Origin: an uncultured Solirubrobacterales bacterium | GTDB lineage: Bacteria > Actinomycetota > Thermoleophilia > Solirubrobacterales > Solirubrobacteraceae | Reading direction: 5' to 3' | NCBI GenBank assembly: GCA_963824295.1 | Contig: CAWGOQ010000002.1 | Coordinates: 14,375-78,374, forward strand | Length of the DNA: 64,000 nucleotides | Part shown: positions 44,947 through 56,209 of the stretch, one piece after another | How positions within the stretch are numbered: position 1 is the first letter of the stretch | How the letters are laid out: every line of letters starts with the position of its first letter | The notes under the pieces: model-generated | The model's database searches: none | Told to the model about the DNA's origin: nothing | The model's input: only the letters and a program-made list of their open reading frames with translations | Position numbers and translations under genes: made by a program

Positions 44947-47227
44947 GGAACGGGGCGAGCGCCGCGTTGGCGGCGATGAGGTCGTCGTACCGGACCGCAA
45001 GATTCCGCGAGTCTCCGTCGGGATGTGCGATGGGCGCCGTGCTGTCAAAGAGGAGTGGATGCACCCCGGGCGGGTCGTTGAACAAGACCAATATCGGCTT
45101 CGCCGCCGGCCCGATCCTGAACCTGTGCACCGACCCGTCCGGTGCCGTAACCGTGAACGCCCAGCTACCCGGCGCCGCCGAGAACACGTTTGCGTAAAAC
45201 GCCATCCGAATCGTGGCGCCGGAGGTGTTGTCGATGCTCGCGATCGCAGCCGGGGTGGCCCACCGCGAGCCGCTCTCGTCCGTGTAGAAGCCAGCTTCCC
45301 AGTCGGCCCCGACGGGATGCAAAATCGCGTTGCCGAGCGCGGAAAGCTCATACGCGGGCACCGTAGCCCGCAAGTGCGCCGCGAACGGTGCGAGGTTGAA
45401 GAACAAGAGCTGTCCGTCGCTGCTCTGGATCGGATCTGTGCCGATTAGCGCACGGATACTTCGCTCAATCGCCGCGCCATTGTCTTGATATCCGAAGCGG
45501 TCGATCCAGATGCCGCTGAAACCTGCGGCGACGATACCGTCGAGCAGCGTGGGCAACGGCAGCGACTGCGCTTCTGCCGCCCAGTCCTGGGCGCGTCCCT
45601 TCATCTGACCGTAGCTCCACCGCAGGTCGTTCGACTGCACGTAACCGCGGCCGAGTTCGTAGTCGGTCATCCGGACGACCGGCGGGTTCTCCGGGAACGG
45701 CACGTACGGCAATTCGAAGATCGCCGCCCCCTTCGGCACGATCTTCTCGATTCTCGCGACGAAGGAGCCGTCGCTGGTGTAGGACGCTTGGTTGGCGGCG
45801 TAAGGCGGAATCGCCAGCCGGGTCGATTGATCAATCACCCCCGCCACCAGGACCACGCCGAGCATCGCGAATGCCCAAGCCCGATGCCGTGAGGACAGCC
45901 GGCGGGAGAACGCGTCGAGCGCGAGGCCGACAGCGGCGATGGCGAAGAACGAGATGAAGATCGAGATCCGATCCCAGCCCCGTATCTGCGGGGTGATCAG
46001 ATAACCGATCAGCGCTGAAATCCCGCCGAACGTCCCGATCAGGAACGCGAGCACGGCCAGGAACGAGAGTTGGCGATGACGTGATAGCGACTCGGTTTCG
46101 CGACCTACACCGGCCACCGTCGCGAGCGCCAGACACAGCAGCCACAAGAAGCCAAGCGTCGCAATAATCCCGAGCGGGTCGGAAGTGACGCTTGGCACGG
46201 GTGTAGTGGAGTCGTACTTGAACCGCAGCGAGTTCAGCGGCCCGATGCGATCGCCTTCCACCGGAAGCACCAAATCCGCGAGGTCCAGCGAGTAGAGCTC
46301 ACTCTCAAGAGGTAAGCGACGCGCGGCCACCGGATTGCGGCCGTGCTGTTCGGTGTAAACGATGCTCGGCAGGTCGTTTATAAAGACCATCGCACCGATC
46401 GCCACGATGACCACCACGGCCTGTACCGGGGGACCAAAGCTCCGGCGCCCGAGGCCCGCGGCGATTCCGGCACCACCGACAAGGAGCACCGTGAACGTGG
46501 CGTAGTAGATGCCGAGTGAGCCGATCATGATGCAAAGGACGATGGTGAACACGTTGCGCTTTGACAGCCATGTCCGAACGCCGGTTACACCGGGATCACG
46601 CCGGCGGCCCACCACGTTCGACCCACCGAGTACGGAGAGAATTAGGTAACAGCCGATCGGGACCACGGCGTAGGACGAGAGCAAGAGATGCGTCTCGCCC
46701 TGAAGGAAGTGGTACGGCGCGACGGCGAACAGAATCGCACACACAACGGAAGACGCGATCGAGATCCGCAGCCAGCGAAGCACCGCGTAGCCGGCGACGC
46801 CGTTGACTGGAAACCCCAGCAGGAAAAACAGGTTCATGACCTTCGCCGGGTCGCTCGTACCGAGACCGATGAGCCTCATCGCCAACCAGTTGAGGTTGTC
46901 GGTGGCCACCGGGAAGTCGTAGAACTGTGTGCCGAACGGCGCGCCCAACGCGTGGTTCGTCCACACCCAGCCGCCGCTTATCACCGGCTTGATCAGCATC
47001 TCTGTCAGTAGGGCGTCCGAGCCGTACGTGAACGGCACGTGCAGGTTCGCATGCCACAGCTGCATGGCAAACGTCGCGGCGAGCAGCGAACCGATCGCGG
47101 CGGCCACGCCGCCGACCACGTCAGCACGCCTTGCCGGCCATGGCCCTCGAGCCAAGCGTCCCTCCGGTGTGCCGGGAGTGAGATCGCGGTCGGCCCCAGC
47201 CCCCTGCTGGACGGTCGTCTCTTGCAT
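44918..47227 (-). CDS. 769-aa polytopic membrane protein with large C-terminal extracytoplasmic domain (putative glycan polymerase/GT-C or transferase)
   Basis: An uninterrupted 2.3-kb ORF. About 13 hydrophobic segments in the first 470 aa or so, then a soluble domain (..GFSGIWIDRFGYQDNGAAIERSIRAL..). Family not recognised by eye. Confidence 0.6.
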   Translation of the reverse strand: MQETTVQQGAGADRDLTPGTPEGRLARGPWPARRADVVGGVAAAIGSLLAATFAMQLWHANLHVPFTYGSDALLTEMLIKPVISGGWVWTNHALGAPFGTQFYDFPVATDNLNWLAMRLIGLGTSDPAKVMNLFFLLGFPVNGVAGYAVLRWLRISIASSVVCAILFAVAPYHFLQGETHLLLSSYAVVPIGCYLILSVLGGSNVVGRRRDPGVTGVRTWLSKRNVFTIVLCIMIGSLGIYYATFTVLLVGGAGIAAGLGRRSFGPPVQAVVVIVAIGAMVFINDLPSIVYTEQHGRNPVAARRLPLESELYSLDLADLVLPVEGDRIGPLNSLRFKYDSTTPVPSVTSDPLGIIATLGFLWLLCLALATVAGVGRETESLSRHRQLSFLAVLAFLIGTFGGISALIGYLITPQIRGWDRISIFISFFAIAAVGLALDAFSRRLSSRHRAWAFAMLGVVLVAGVIDQSTRLAIPPYAANQASYTSDGSFVARIEKIVPKGAAIFELPYVPFPENPPVVRMTDYELGRGYVQSNDLRWSYGQMKGRAQDWAAEAQSLPLPTLLDGIVAAGFSGIWIDRFGYQDNGAAIERSIRALIGTDPIQSSDGQLLFFNLAPFAAHLRATVPAYELSALGNAILHPVGADWEAGFYTDESGSRWATPAAIASIDNTSGATIRMAFYANVFSAAPGSWAFTVTAPDGSVHRFRIGPAAKPILVLFNDPPGVHPLLFDSTAPIAHPDGDSRNLAVRYDDLIAANAALAPFLISSDSARR

Positions 47228-47305
47228 CGAAGCCGCAGGGTACTCAATGGATCCGGCGTAGACGTGGAGGCACCGACATCCCGCATTACCTAACCTGCCC
47301 AGGCG

Positions 47306-49225
47306 ATGTCGGCGATCACGAGCAGTGCCGAGCGTCCAAGCACCGGCGCGCGGCGCGCCATAAGCCGGCGCCGCCTCCTCGACTCGTTCCCGCTCTTGCT
47401 AGGAGTTGCGCTGCTGGCGCAACTGATCGTGCTCCTGCCCGTCCTCAACACTGCGTTCTGGCAGGACGACGACGCGAACGCTTACATATCGGGCTACCTG
47501 CGCTGGATCGGGCAGAGCTGGTGGCACTTCTTCTGGACGGCGAACAAGCTCCAGGTGAACACGCTTGGACGTCCGATGCCATTGGGTGTTCTGCAGACGT
47601 ACGGCGCCTTCCTGGTCTTTCACGACCGCATCGCCTACAAGTTGGTGCTGATCCTGCTGACGCTCATAGCCTCCGGGATGATCGGCTTGGTCGTGCGCCG
47701 CCTCGGTGCCTCCGCGGGGATCGCCGCCCTCGCCGCCGCGTTGCCGGCCGTGTGCTGGCAACTGCACCTGCTGCACGACGCGCTCATCTCTTACACCGGG
47801 CTCGTGCAGGCTGTGACGATCTACTCGATGGGAGCCACGCTCCTGTTTATCGCCTGGCTTCGCCGGGGCGGGACCTGGCGCCTGATAGCCATGGCGGTGC
47901 TGACCGCATTCGCGTGCCTCACATACGAGGCGGCGTATCTCCTGCCGATCGCGCTCGTGCCCGTGGCCTGGTACGAGCGCAAATGCTCCTGGCGGCGCGC
48001 GGTCGTGCTGGCCTGGCCGAGCCTGATCGTTGCCGGGTCCCTGATTGTGGTCGCATTGGTGCTCGGCCAGAACCTTCCCACCACGTCCGGGTACCGGGTG
48101 GACTGGGCCCCCGGGGTGGTCCTGACGGCGTGGGCCAAGATCGTGACCAGCGGCCTGCCGATGATCGGCTGGCTGACGACCGGCGGCCCGCGAGACCTGC
48201 CCGCGTCGAACAGTGACGGGCCGTTCATACGGGGGGTCCTAATCGCCGCCCTGCTGGTGCCGCTGCTACTTGCGGTGGCGCGTCCTGGCGCCACGGCCTG
48301 GTTGCGCGATCGGCGTCGCGTCTTCGCGGTTCTCGGCGTCATCGCTGCGCTGATGCTCACGCCATCGCTCCTGACCGCGGTCTCGGGGCGCTATCAGCAG
48401 GAGGTCCTGTGGGGCTGGGGGTACCTGCCGATGTTCTTCGCGGCGCTCGGCTGGGCTGCGCTTGGGGCACTCGCGATCGGCGCGCTCCTCCGGCCGCTGG
48501 CCCGATCCCGTGCGGCGACCGTTGGCGCCGTCACGCTGATTTCGATCTCGGCCGGCGTGATGACGGCCGTCAACGCCGAAGGCAGCGCACGCGTGGTGAA
48601 TTACATGACGCCGGTGGTGCAATCGAGGGATCTGGTCCAGGACGCCTTCACCGACGGAGTGCTTGCGCAGGTTCCGACGGGAGGCACCGTGCTGTGGTAC
48701 GGGCCGGAAGTCGCGTTGCCGCGAGGCATCTGGGTGCCGGGCGCTATCAACTTCGAGGCGTGGGCGCGAGAGTTCGTCAATCGGCCGCTGACCATGCGGC
48801 TGATCCTTCCGTCGGCACCCGCCGCGAGGGTGTGCACTGACGCCACCGGCGCTCCGAGCACCTGCACGCTGCTGCAGACGCCGACATACTGGCTACGGAC
48901 GGCCAGCTTTGGATCGTCCGGGTTCGTGGCCATCGCACAGGTCGGCGTGCGCCGGTGGGATCCCGGCGATAACACGCTGGGCGCTCTCACTCAGCCGGGA
49001 TCACGGCCGGTTGCGCTCGTGAAGACCCCGGGCATCCGCGCCCAAGGTGGCGTGCTCCCGTTCACGGTCACGATGACGGGTGCCGTGCATGATGGCACGA
49101 CACGGGAGGCGAGCGTGCCGGCGGGCGCCACGCGGGTACTCCGACGCGGGACCGGCTGGGCGCTTGTGCAGCTTCCTCCGCAGCGGCCGTTCGTGGCGGC
49201 GTCGATCAGCGTGATCGTGTACTAG
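47306..49225 (+). CDS. 639-aa polytopic membrane protein (ArnT/PMT-like GT-C candidate)
   Basis: An uninterrupted 1.9-kb ORF divergent from the 769-aa protein. Many TM segments and an early loop with acidic residues (FWQDDDANAY). Soluble C-terminal domain. Confidence 0.55.
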   Translation: MSAITSSAERPSTGARRAISRRRLLDSFPLLLGVALLAQLIVLLPVLNTAFWQDDDANAYISGYLRWIGQSWWHFFWTANKLQVNTLGRPMPLGVLQTYGAFLVFHDRIAYKLVLILLTLIASGMIGLVVRRLGASAGIAALAAALPAVCWQLHLLHDALISYTGLVQAVTIYSMGATLLFIAWLRRGGTWRLIAMAVLTAFACLTYEAAYLLPIALVPVAWYERKCSWRRAVVLAWPSLIVAGSLIVVALVLGQNLPTTSGYRVDWAPGVVLTAWAKIVTSGLPMIGWLTTGGPRDLPASNSDGPFIRGVLIAALLVPLLLAVARPGATAWLRDRRRVFAVLGVIAALMLTPSLLTAVSGRYQQEVLWGWGYLPMFFAALGWAALGALAIGALLRPLARSRAATVGAVTLISISAGVMTAVNAEGSARVVNYMTPVVQSRDLVQDAFTDGVLAQVPTGGTVLWYGPEVALPRGIWVPGAINFEAWAREFVNRPLTMRLILPSAPAARVCTDATGAPSTCTLLQTPTYWLRTASFGSSGFVAIAQVGVRRWDPGDNTLGALTQPGSRPVALVKTPGIRAQGGVLPFTVTMTGAVHDGTTREASVPAGATRVLRRGTGWALVQLPPQRPFVAASISVIVY

Positions 49226-50861
49226 TCGGCCGAAGTCTCTGCGATCACGGCGTAGTCCGGCTGCTGAATCCGGTCGCGTTCGGGATCCCCGGATCCCTGC
49301 GGATGCCAGACGTAGGCTCCGGCGAAGCCGGTGAGCCCGCACAGCGCGATCACCGTCTCGGGGAATAGCGGGTGCCGGTGCGTCGGATCGATCCAGAAGT
49401 TCTTTAGCGCCTGGGCTGCGTGCGGATTCACCGTCTCGACCACGAGCAGACCTCCGGGCTCGAGCTTGTCCCTAGCGGCTCGGAGGAAGCGCAGGAGTTC
49501 AGCATAAGGCAGGTGCTCGATCAGCTGCGCGGCGAACACCACTCCGAGCGAGTGGTCTTCGAGGCTCTCCAGGTATCCAGCGGCGTCGCCCACGTGAACG
49601 TTCTCCAGCCCCTTCCCGCGGCAGTGCTCGACCATCCCGGGGTCGAGGTCGACCCCTTCGGCGCTCAGGCCCGCCTCCCGCACCAACTCGAGGAATCCCC
49701 GCGCCCGCAACCGACATCGAGAATCCGGTCGCGACCCCGGAGCAGCGGCAGGTACGCGCGCTGGCGCTCGCGAATCTCCTCCTCCGAGCCGCGGAAGTAG
49801 TCCTCAAAGGACACGTAGAGGCCCTCGGAGCGCTCGGAGCCCTCGGCTTCCGCCCGCTGGCGAAAGCCGACCACGGTGCCGGCCAGCCCGGCATCGAAGC
49901 GTTCCAGCTGCAACGCCCCGTCTCCATACAGCGGCCCATCCCCGGGCACGAGCTCGTTCGTCCGCGCCAGGCGATGCTCCAGCTCGGAGCTTCGCTCCGC
50001 CAATCCCTCCAGCGCTCGCTCGAGCCCGATCGCCCGCCCGGCGGTCTCATCGCCGCGATTGCTCGTAACCAGCAACCACTCGCTGATCTCTCGCTGGCGA
50101 TGCTCGACCTCCTCGAGCCGATGCAGCAGCTCCATGTCGACACGCTGCTGATGCACGGCGTTCGGACGGCCCATCTGGAGAAGGGCCTGGCGCGTGGTGC
50201 GTTTCACCATTCCCGCCTCGGCCTGGAGGGGAGGGTTCACCCCCGCCTGGATCAGCTCGCGCAGCGGGACCGACGTTGGTTGTGGCTCCTTCACGTCCGC
50301 GCGAACGGCGCGATCGACTTCCGGTGGGTTCTCCGCCAAGGCATCGACCGAGCGCAACTTCTCGGCCTCGACCTCGAATAGCCACTGGTCGCGCAGCCCC
50401 CACTTGACGACGGCGAATCCGGCCTGATCCAGATAGTGGCGCAGCAGCGGTTCCGTGAAGGTCGTCAAATGCGTGTCTTCGCTGTACGCCTGCGTGCCGA
50501 ACAGGCACTGGATGAGCTTCTCCTGCATCTCGACCGACTGGTTCTCGGGGGCTCTGAGCAGCAGCGAAAGATCGAGCACACTCGGCAACCGCAGATGCAG
50601 CGTTCCGCCGACGGCGAGCAACCGGTTCCATTCGCGCAAGACGCCCACCGTCGACGTCCGCGGAAGGTGCTCGAGGACGTCTTGGGCCAGGATCTCGCGA
50701 TACCGCCCCGCCGGGAGCATGTCCAGATTGGTGACGTCCCCAACGAGATCGGGGCTGTGGAAGTCGTTGATGTCGACGTTCAGATACCCGTCGCGATGGT
50801 CATACCCGCAGCCCAAGTTGAGGCGATCCGGGAAGAGCGCCGGGTCGAAGAGATCCGTCAT
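49222..50861 (-). pseudogene. Two-domain methyltransferase with central coiled coil; C-terminal domain of the O-antigen chain-terminating methyltransferase type; one frameshift
   Basis: N-domain LNLGCGYDHRDGYLNVD..ILAQDVLEHLP..GGTLHLRLP. The middle is ..ELLHRLEEVEHRQREI..LERALEGLAERSSELEHRLA.. The C-domain is YVSFEDYFRGSEEEIRERQRAYLPLLRGRDRILDVGCGRG | FLELVREAGLSAEGVDLDPGMV..LIEHLPY..LEPGGLLVVETVNP..IDPTHRHPLFPE. The frame switch is near 49690. Confidence 0.75.
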
Positions 50862-50900
50862 GGTCGGCCGGATCGTAGCGGCGCCTCGGGGCGGATCGCC

Positions 50901-52357
50901 TCAGGAGCGCGGACTCACCGGGTCGGCGTCGGCGTGCTCGCCGGAAGCGTCGCCGGCGCCCTGTTCCAGCTCCAGAACCCGAGCCTCCAGCTGCTGGAGG
51001 CGGGCCCGCTCGCGTTCGCGTGCTTGGCGCTCCCGCACTCCCTCGGCGTCGAGCCGCTTCAACTGGGCCACGATCGCCCGATCGAGCTCGCGCTCGTGAT
51101 GGGTGAACGGTCTGATCGTCCGCAAGACCAGACGGCGACCAACGAGCGCGAGACCCCCGCGCCGACTGTTGGCCGACTCCTCCGGGTCCAAGGCGAGGGC
51201 GCGGTCGACCGTCTCGAAGGCCGGCGAGGCGGAAGCCTTTCGGGCGCTGCTGGGCTCCGCCACGAGACGCTCGAGCCGCCCCCTCGCGACGGCACCGACC
51301 GCCCTGGGGGACAGCCTCTCGGTCACATCGCCCCTGGCTCGCTCGCCGATGGCGCGGGCCTCGTCGGGCCGCTCCCACACCTGACGCATCAGGGCCGCGG
51401 CGTGATCCAAATCGGGCTCGGCCCACGTTCCCTCCGCTGGGTACATCTCGGCATTCGGACCGACCCGGGTCAGCGTGTAGTCGACCAGGTAGCTGTTTGT
51501 CGGTGTCATGAACTCCAGATTCCCCGAGTAGCCGGTTGCGATCGCCGGCTTTCCGAGCGCCATGGCCTCGGCGAGCGTGAGGCCGAAGCCCTCCGCGCGG
51601 TGCAGCGAGACGTAGCAGTCGCACCGCGCGATCAGTGCCGCGTAGGTCCGCTGGTCGATGTGCTGGTCGATGAGCTGGATGTCAGGGCGGTCACCGACCC
51701 GCCATCGGACCTCGTCGGCCGCCTGCGGCCTGAACGACCCGTTCATCGCCTTGAGCACCAGCCTTGGGCCCTCTCCGGGCGCGAACGCCCGCGTAAACGC
51801 ATCGATCAAGCCAACCGGATTCTTCCGCTGCAACGTGCTGAAGAAGTCGAACACGAACAGGAAGGTGAACCCGTCGCCGAGATCGAGGTCGAGCCCGCTG
51901 ACGCCCGGATCGGGAGCGATCACCGGGAGCGGAACGGTTATGACCGGCACCGGGGAGACGCGGCTGAGGTTGTCCGCGACGAAGCTGGAATAGACCCACA
52001 GCTCGTCAAGGCGCTCGAACGCAGGGATCCAGTGAGGGGCAGAACATCGGTCTCCCAGCCCCACTGACCGATCGTCCAGCGCGCGTCCGCAAGCGCCTCA
52101 CCGGCACTCTCGAGAAGGTTGTCCAAGCCGTCGGGATTCCGCACAGGAGTTGCCGGCGCCGGATAAGGGAGCTCGAGCTGCTCGAAAGCCTGGCCTCCGT
52201 AGCGGGCGAGGGCCTGTTCCTGGGATCCCTTTACCGGCAGGTGGAGCGGTGCCATTACCGTGCCGACCGGCACCCCGGCTGCCTGCAGGGCGGTGATATA
52301 GAGCCTCGCGGCCTGGCCAAGGCCCAGGCTTCGATTCAGATACCCGGCCACGTTCAC
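50901..52357 (-). pseudogene. GT4 (GT1-family) glycosyltransferase with C-terminal coiled coil; frameshifted, with further degenerate upstream homology to about 53.3 kb
   Basis: VNVAGYLNRSLGLGQAARLYITALQAAGVPV...GQWGWETDVLP | HWIPAFERLDELWVYSSFV...FVFDFFSTLQRKNP...VSLHRAEGFGLTLAEAMALGKPAIATGYSGNLEFM...WAEPDLDHAA... The tail is ..RERERARLQQLEARVLELEQ. Fragments upstream (LYDAYLDRADLQ, FPDLDGEDASKLIEWAWDHGRAE) lie in other frames. Confidence 0.7.
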
Positions 52358-53533
52358 GGCGATCTCGCGGTCGAAGGCCCGGTCACCGGACCCACCGGGC
52401 GCGGCGGGAGGAGCTCACCCGCGAGCCCGACTCGGCCCGCCCGTGATCCCAGGCCCACTCGATCAACTTGCTCGCGTCCTCGCCATCTAGGTCTGGGAAC
52501 CCTGCTGGAGGTCGGCGCGGTCGAGGTACGCGTCGTACAGATCCTTCCCACCCCGGCCTGCCGCCGCGCTCGGCCGGTCCGGCGAGCCAGGCAACGAACG
52601 CCGCCGTGCCTTCCTCGCCGAACACGTCGCCGAAGCTCTCGCCGGCGGCCGCAGCGCGGTTGTGCAATCGCTGCAGCCGCTCGTCGTAGAGCACACCGTT
52701 CGTCAGGCACTGTGAACGTCCGGTCTGGACCGGGTTTACCCAGCCGGCGTCGAGCAGACGGCAGCGTAGGAAGCGCCAACTCGGCCAGCCCGGATCATCC
52801 AACACGCGGGGCGAGTGGCGAATTCGCTCAGCCAATAGGGCCGATCGGGCCGAAAGCCCGAGAACTGCAAGCAGCGCAGCTCGCTGCCTCCGGCCAGGAG
52901 CACCCCATCATGCCGCTCTGGCCCCGCCGTGCGATTCCGTAGCTCACGCCGAAGCCGGGATCGTCGAGCCGGGTCAGCTGTGCGGGAATACCGTGGCGGC
53001 GGCATCTAGCCAGCGGATCGCGCTCCCCGGCAGGGGACCAGGTTGGTGGCTGGGGCGGCGCTGGGTCGAGCGATCTCGCGGCTCGATGACGTTCTTGTCC
53101 ACCAGCGAGAAGGTTCGTCCGGCCGCCGCCCGCGCCCGCGCCGGCTAGCGCGGAGCTGACCTGCTCTGGTCGAGCAGCTCCGGGCACACGGTCGAGCCCG
53201 TCATCGGGCTGGGCCTGGAGCGGCCTGGGCATTGCCCGGTCCCGCCCGGCCTCGGCCGGGACGATCCGGGTGCAGTCTGCCGACGACATCGACGTCAGCC
53301 TGCACGAAGATCACCGAGCTCGCCTGGCGCTCGAGCATCAGCTGCACCTGGAGAGGCCTGGCCACCGCGCCCGCGTCCGCCCAGCGCCTGGCCGAGCCCC
53401 GGTCGGCCGGACAACGCGTCCAGATGATGCGACCGCACGGGCTCGAAGCCGATACCCGTGCTGGGGGCCTGCGGCGTCATCAGGAGCAGAAGCGTCAGCC
53501 CCGCGTCGGGGCGATACGGGTGACTTGCGCTCG

Positions 53534-54338
53534 CTAGCTACCCGCGCGTTCGGCGACCGTAGCGGGTAGCGATCGAGCAGAACCTGACCGCAGTCGGGCA
53601 GGGTGGCGAGCAGATCCTGGGCGATCGCTCACCACGACAAGTGCAGCTCCACGTGTGTGCGAGCGGACTGCACCATGGCGTCGAGGTGGGTCGGCGGTGC
53701 AGTGTGGAGCTGCCGCAAGATGTCGCCGAAGCCGTCTGGCTCTGCGGCCAGGTAGTGCTAGCCCGGCCGGAGCCGGAGCCCGCGCGCGCCGAACGGCGTC
53801 GATATCACGGGTACGCCGGCGGCAAAGAAGTCTGAGCGTCTTGATGTCGTCCGGAGCCGGTGGTGACAGGATTCGGGCCACGTCTGCGGCGCCGAGTACG
53901 GCCTGCTTGAACTCGGAGCTGAGCGTACCCATCAGCTCCGCGTTGTCCGGCAGCCGCGGTCGTTGGAGCGCCAACCCGACGCTCCCGACGATCAGCAGCT
54001 GCACCGAGGTCACCTGACTGGCCAGGTCCACCAAGGCTTCGGCGGCGATGACATTCGGTTCGTGCCAGCTCGCAATGAACAAGGCGAGATAGCGAGCGGA
54101 CATCCCCAGCCGCTGCTTGTACTCGCGCCGGAGCGCTGGGGGCACGTAGCCGACCTCCTGAAGCGACACGCCGTTCGGGCACGACCGGGTCCGGCTGGTT
54201 GGGCCTGTACGCCGGATGAGCTCTCCGGGGACTGCGCTCTCGCCACTGAGCGCCCGCGCGCGCGTCTGCCCACACGTACCTGCCAGCACAGGCCTTCTCG
54301 CCCCGGAGCACGATCATCAAACCGGTGAGTGCAAGCAC
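53534..54338 (-). pseudogene. GT4 glycosyltransferase remnant (C-terminal half recognisable)
   Basis: ..LALFIASWHEPNVIAAEALVDLASQV..LLIVGSVG...FKQAVLGAADVA | LNPVTTGSG.. then further frames. An in-frame TGA at 53629-53631 sits inside ..VELHLSW*AIAQDLLATL. Confidence 0.6.
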
Positions 54339-54431
54339 GCGCCATCCGCATGGCGGCAGCCTCTTTACCTCAACTCAGCCTGGACGATTTCCTTCACCTC
54401 GTAAGACACCTGCCTGCCCGGGCGCCCGCCC

Positions 54432-54445
54432 AAAAAAAAAAAAAA
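54432..54445 (+). repeat. A14 homopolymer (T14 on minus strand)
   Basis: gcccgccc-AAAAAAAAAAAAAA-gtgatcac read directly at 54432..54445. It is the only long A/T homopolymer I noticed while reading the window. Confidence 0.95.
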
Positions 54446-55059
54446 GTGATCACCTCTCGTCCCGCCGGAGAGAAATGTGTACCGAGACTCATGCACGCGC
54501 CCCCGGCCGCGGCCGCACACGCCCCCGTGATCCAGGTTGGCGGGACGCCCAAGGTGCTCAGGAGTCTGGCGATGGAGCCTCGTGGTCAGGTCGTCGGTGA
54601 CGACCACACCGCGTCGCATTTTGGAGCCCTGCTCTCCTGGGCCGAGTGCTCGGCCGATTTCGTTGGAGGCGTCTGCTGTCCGCGTCTGCAAGCAGCGATT
54701 TGCTTTGTATCAAACAAGGTGTGGGCGACGTCGGACGATGACCGCCGAGCGGGGGAGGGTGGACGTAGAGGAGAAGCGGGCGCGCTCCGCGATGTCAAGG
54801 TGGAACGCTCGGACTCGGCCACCGCCGCGCGGCAGGTGAATCGGAATCCTGACAACGACGGCCAGGCGCGGCCGGCCGTTGGGTTCGGCAGCCTTCACTT
54901 GCGCCATTCTGCCTCAGCTCCAACTGAGCAGCTAGCTCAACGAATGGCCGCGCATGGACATCGCATCGCCCGAACAGGACATCTGGCAATCGGCGGCGCG
55001 GGGAATCTCTGGTGGGGCCTGCTCGACCACCTCAACCGCCACACCACCCAGCGCGGCTG

Positions 55060-56209
55060 ACCTGATCAAGCTGCCGACTCCGGAGCGCAACTTCTGGGAG
55101 ATCGTCGACAGCTATCAGCGCTGGGCGGCGGTCGATGCCTCCGGCTACGACCTGGTGATCAGCGGGGCGGACCCGAGCTGGATGGTGGCCCACAAGCGAC
55201 ACGTGTGCTCTACCTACATGCGCTCCGCGGCCTGTACGACGCGTACTCCGGGAAACTGGCCGACCCGGGTCCACAAACGATGCCGTCATCCTGAAGGAAT
55301 TCGAGCCACTCGTCGACTGCTCTCGTCGACCACCTCCGACCCCTGTGCGGGAGCATCTGGGGGATTGCTTCGGGCGTCTCGAGTCGATGCGCGAACGCGC
55401 CGACCGTGCCGCCCGAGGTGCTCGCCCTCGCCTGATCGCCTTGTCGTCGACGGGTCGTCCACTCCTCGAGAGCGCGGACGTGAACTCACCGGAAATGAAT
55501 ATCCTAACCAGATCAGCGGTACCGCATCGCCAATCGGCCGGGGTATTTCCCAGCCGGCACCGATGTCGTGGTCGCCTATCGCCAGACCCGGCTGGAGGTG
55601 TCTCCACCGGCGACGCGGGCGTTGCCTACTTCGCCGATGACCCGCTCTGGTGCCCGAAGCCGCGAATCGACCTGCTGGTCCGCCGCGATGTCCCACGTCA
55701 AGCCGCGACGTTGAACTCCGGATCGCCGGCACCGGACCGCAGGAACACGAGCTACAAGCTACGCCGGGAACCGCGGGTCGAGCTGATGGGCTTCCTGAAC
55801 GACGCCGAGCTGGCCCGTGCCTACGCCGGTGCCCGAGCAGTGCTGTTCGTGCCCTACCAGGAGGACTACGGCTTCATCACCGCCAGTGGCGATGCTCAAC
55901 GACGACACCATCGATCACCACGAGCGACGAGAAGCCCCGCGAGCTGGTCGCGACCTTCTCCACGGGCTCGTGACCGCGCCGAAGCCCGCTTCGCTCGGAC
56001 GCGCTATCACGCTGCTGGCCCGCCAGCCGTGGCTGGCTTGGTGGCTAGGTCGAAACGGGCGATCCCGCGCCCTCGGGATCGCTGGTCAACCCGCGACGTG
56101 TCGAACCCTCGACGGACTCAACTGGACAAGATCCTCGGCGACCCCAAGGCGATGCGCTCAAGCTCCCGCGCAGCGTCGGACGGCGTACTCGAGCGACGTT
56201 CTGAGGTAG
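55060..56209 (+). pseudogene. GT4 glycosyltransferase remnant, multiple frameshifts
   Basis: FWEIVDSYQRWAAVDASGYDLVISGADPSWMVAHKRHV.. | ..RVELMGFLNDAELARAYAGARAVLFVPYQEDYGFIT | ..GLVTAPKPASLGRAITLLARQPWLA.. spread over three frames. Boundaries approximate. Confidence 0.55.

Noticed and set aside
44113-45351. 412-aa minus-strand ORF
   Set aside because: It overlaps the intact plus-strand methyltransferase, and out of frame the 769-aa membrane protein. Arg/Pro-rich with no motifs.
50436-52067. 543-aa plus-strand ORF
   Set aside because: Antisense to the methyltransferase and GT4 genes. Low-complexity Arg/Gly/Pro composition.
54329-55060. 243-aa plus-strand ORF spanning the A14 tract (encodes ..AQKKKKVITS..)
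   Set aside because: No family resemblance. The frame exists largely because of the low-stop composition, and the surrounding sequence better fits degenerate GT4 remnants on the minus strand or an intergenic region.
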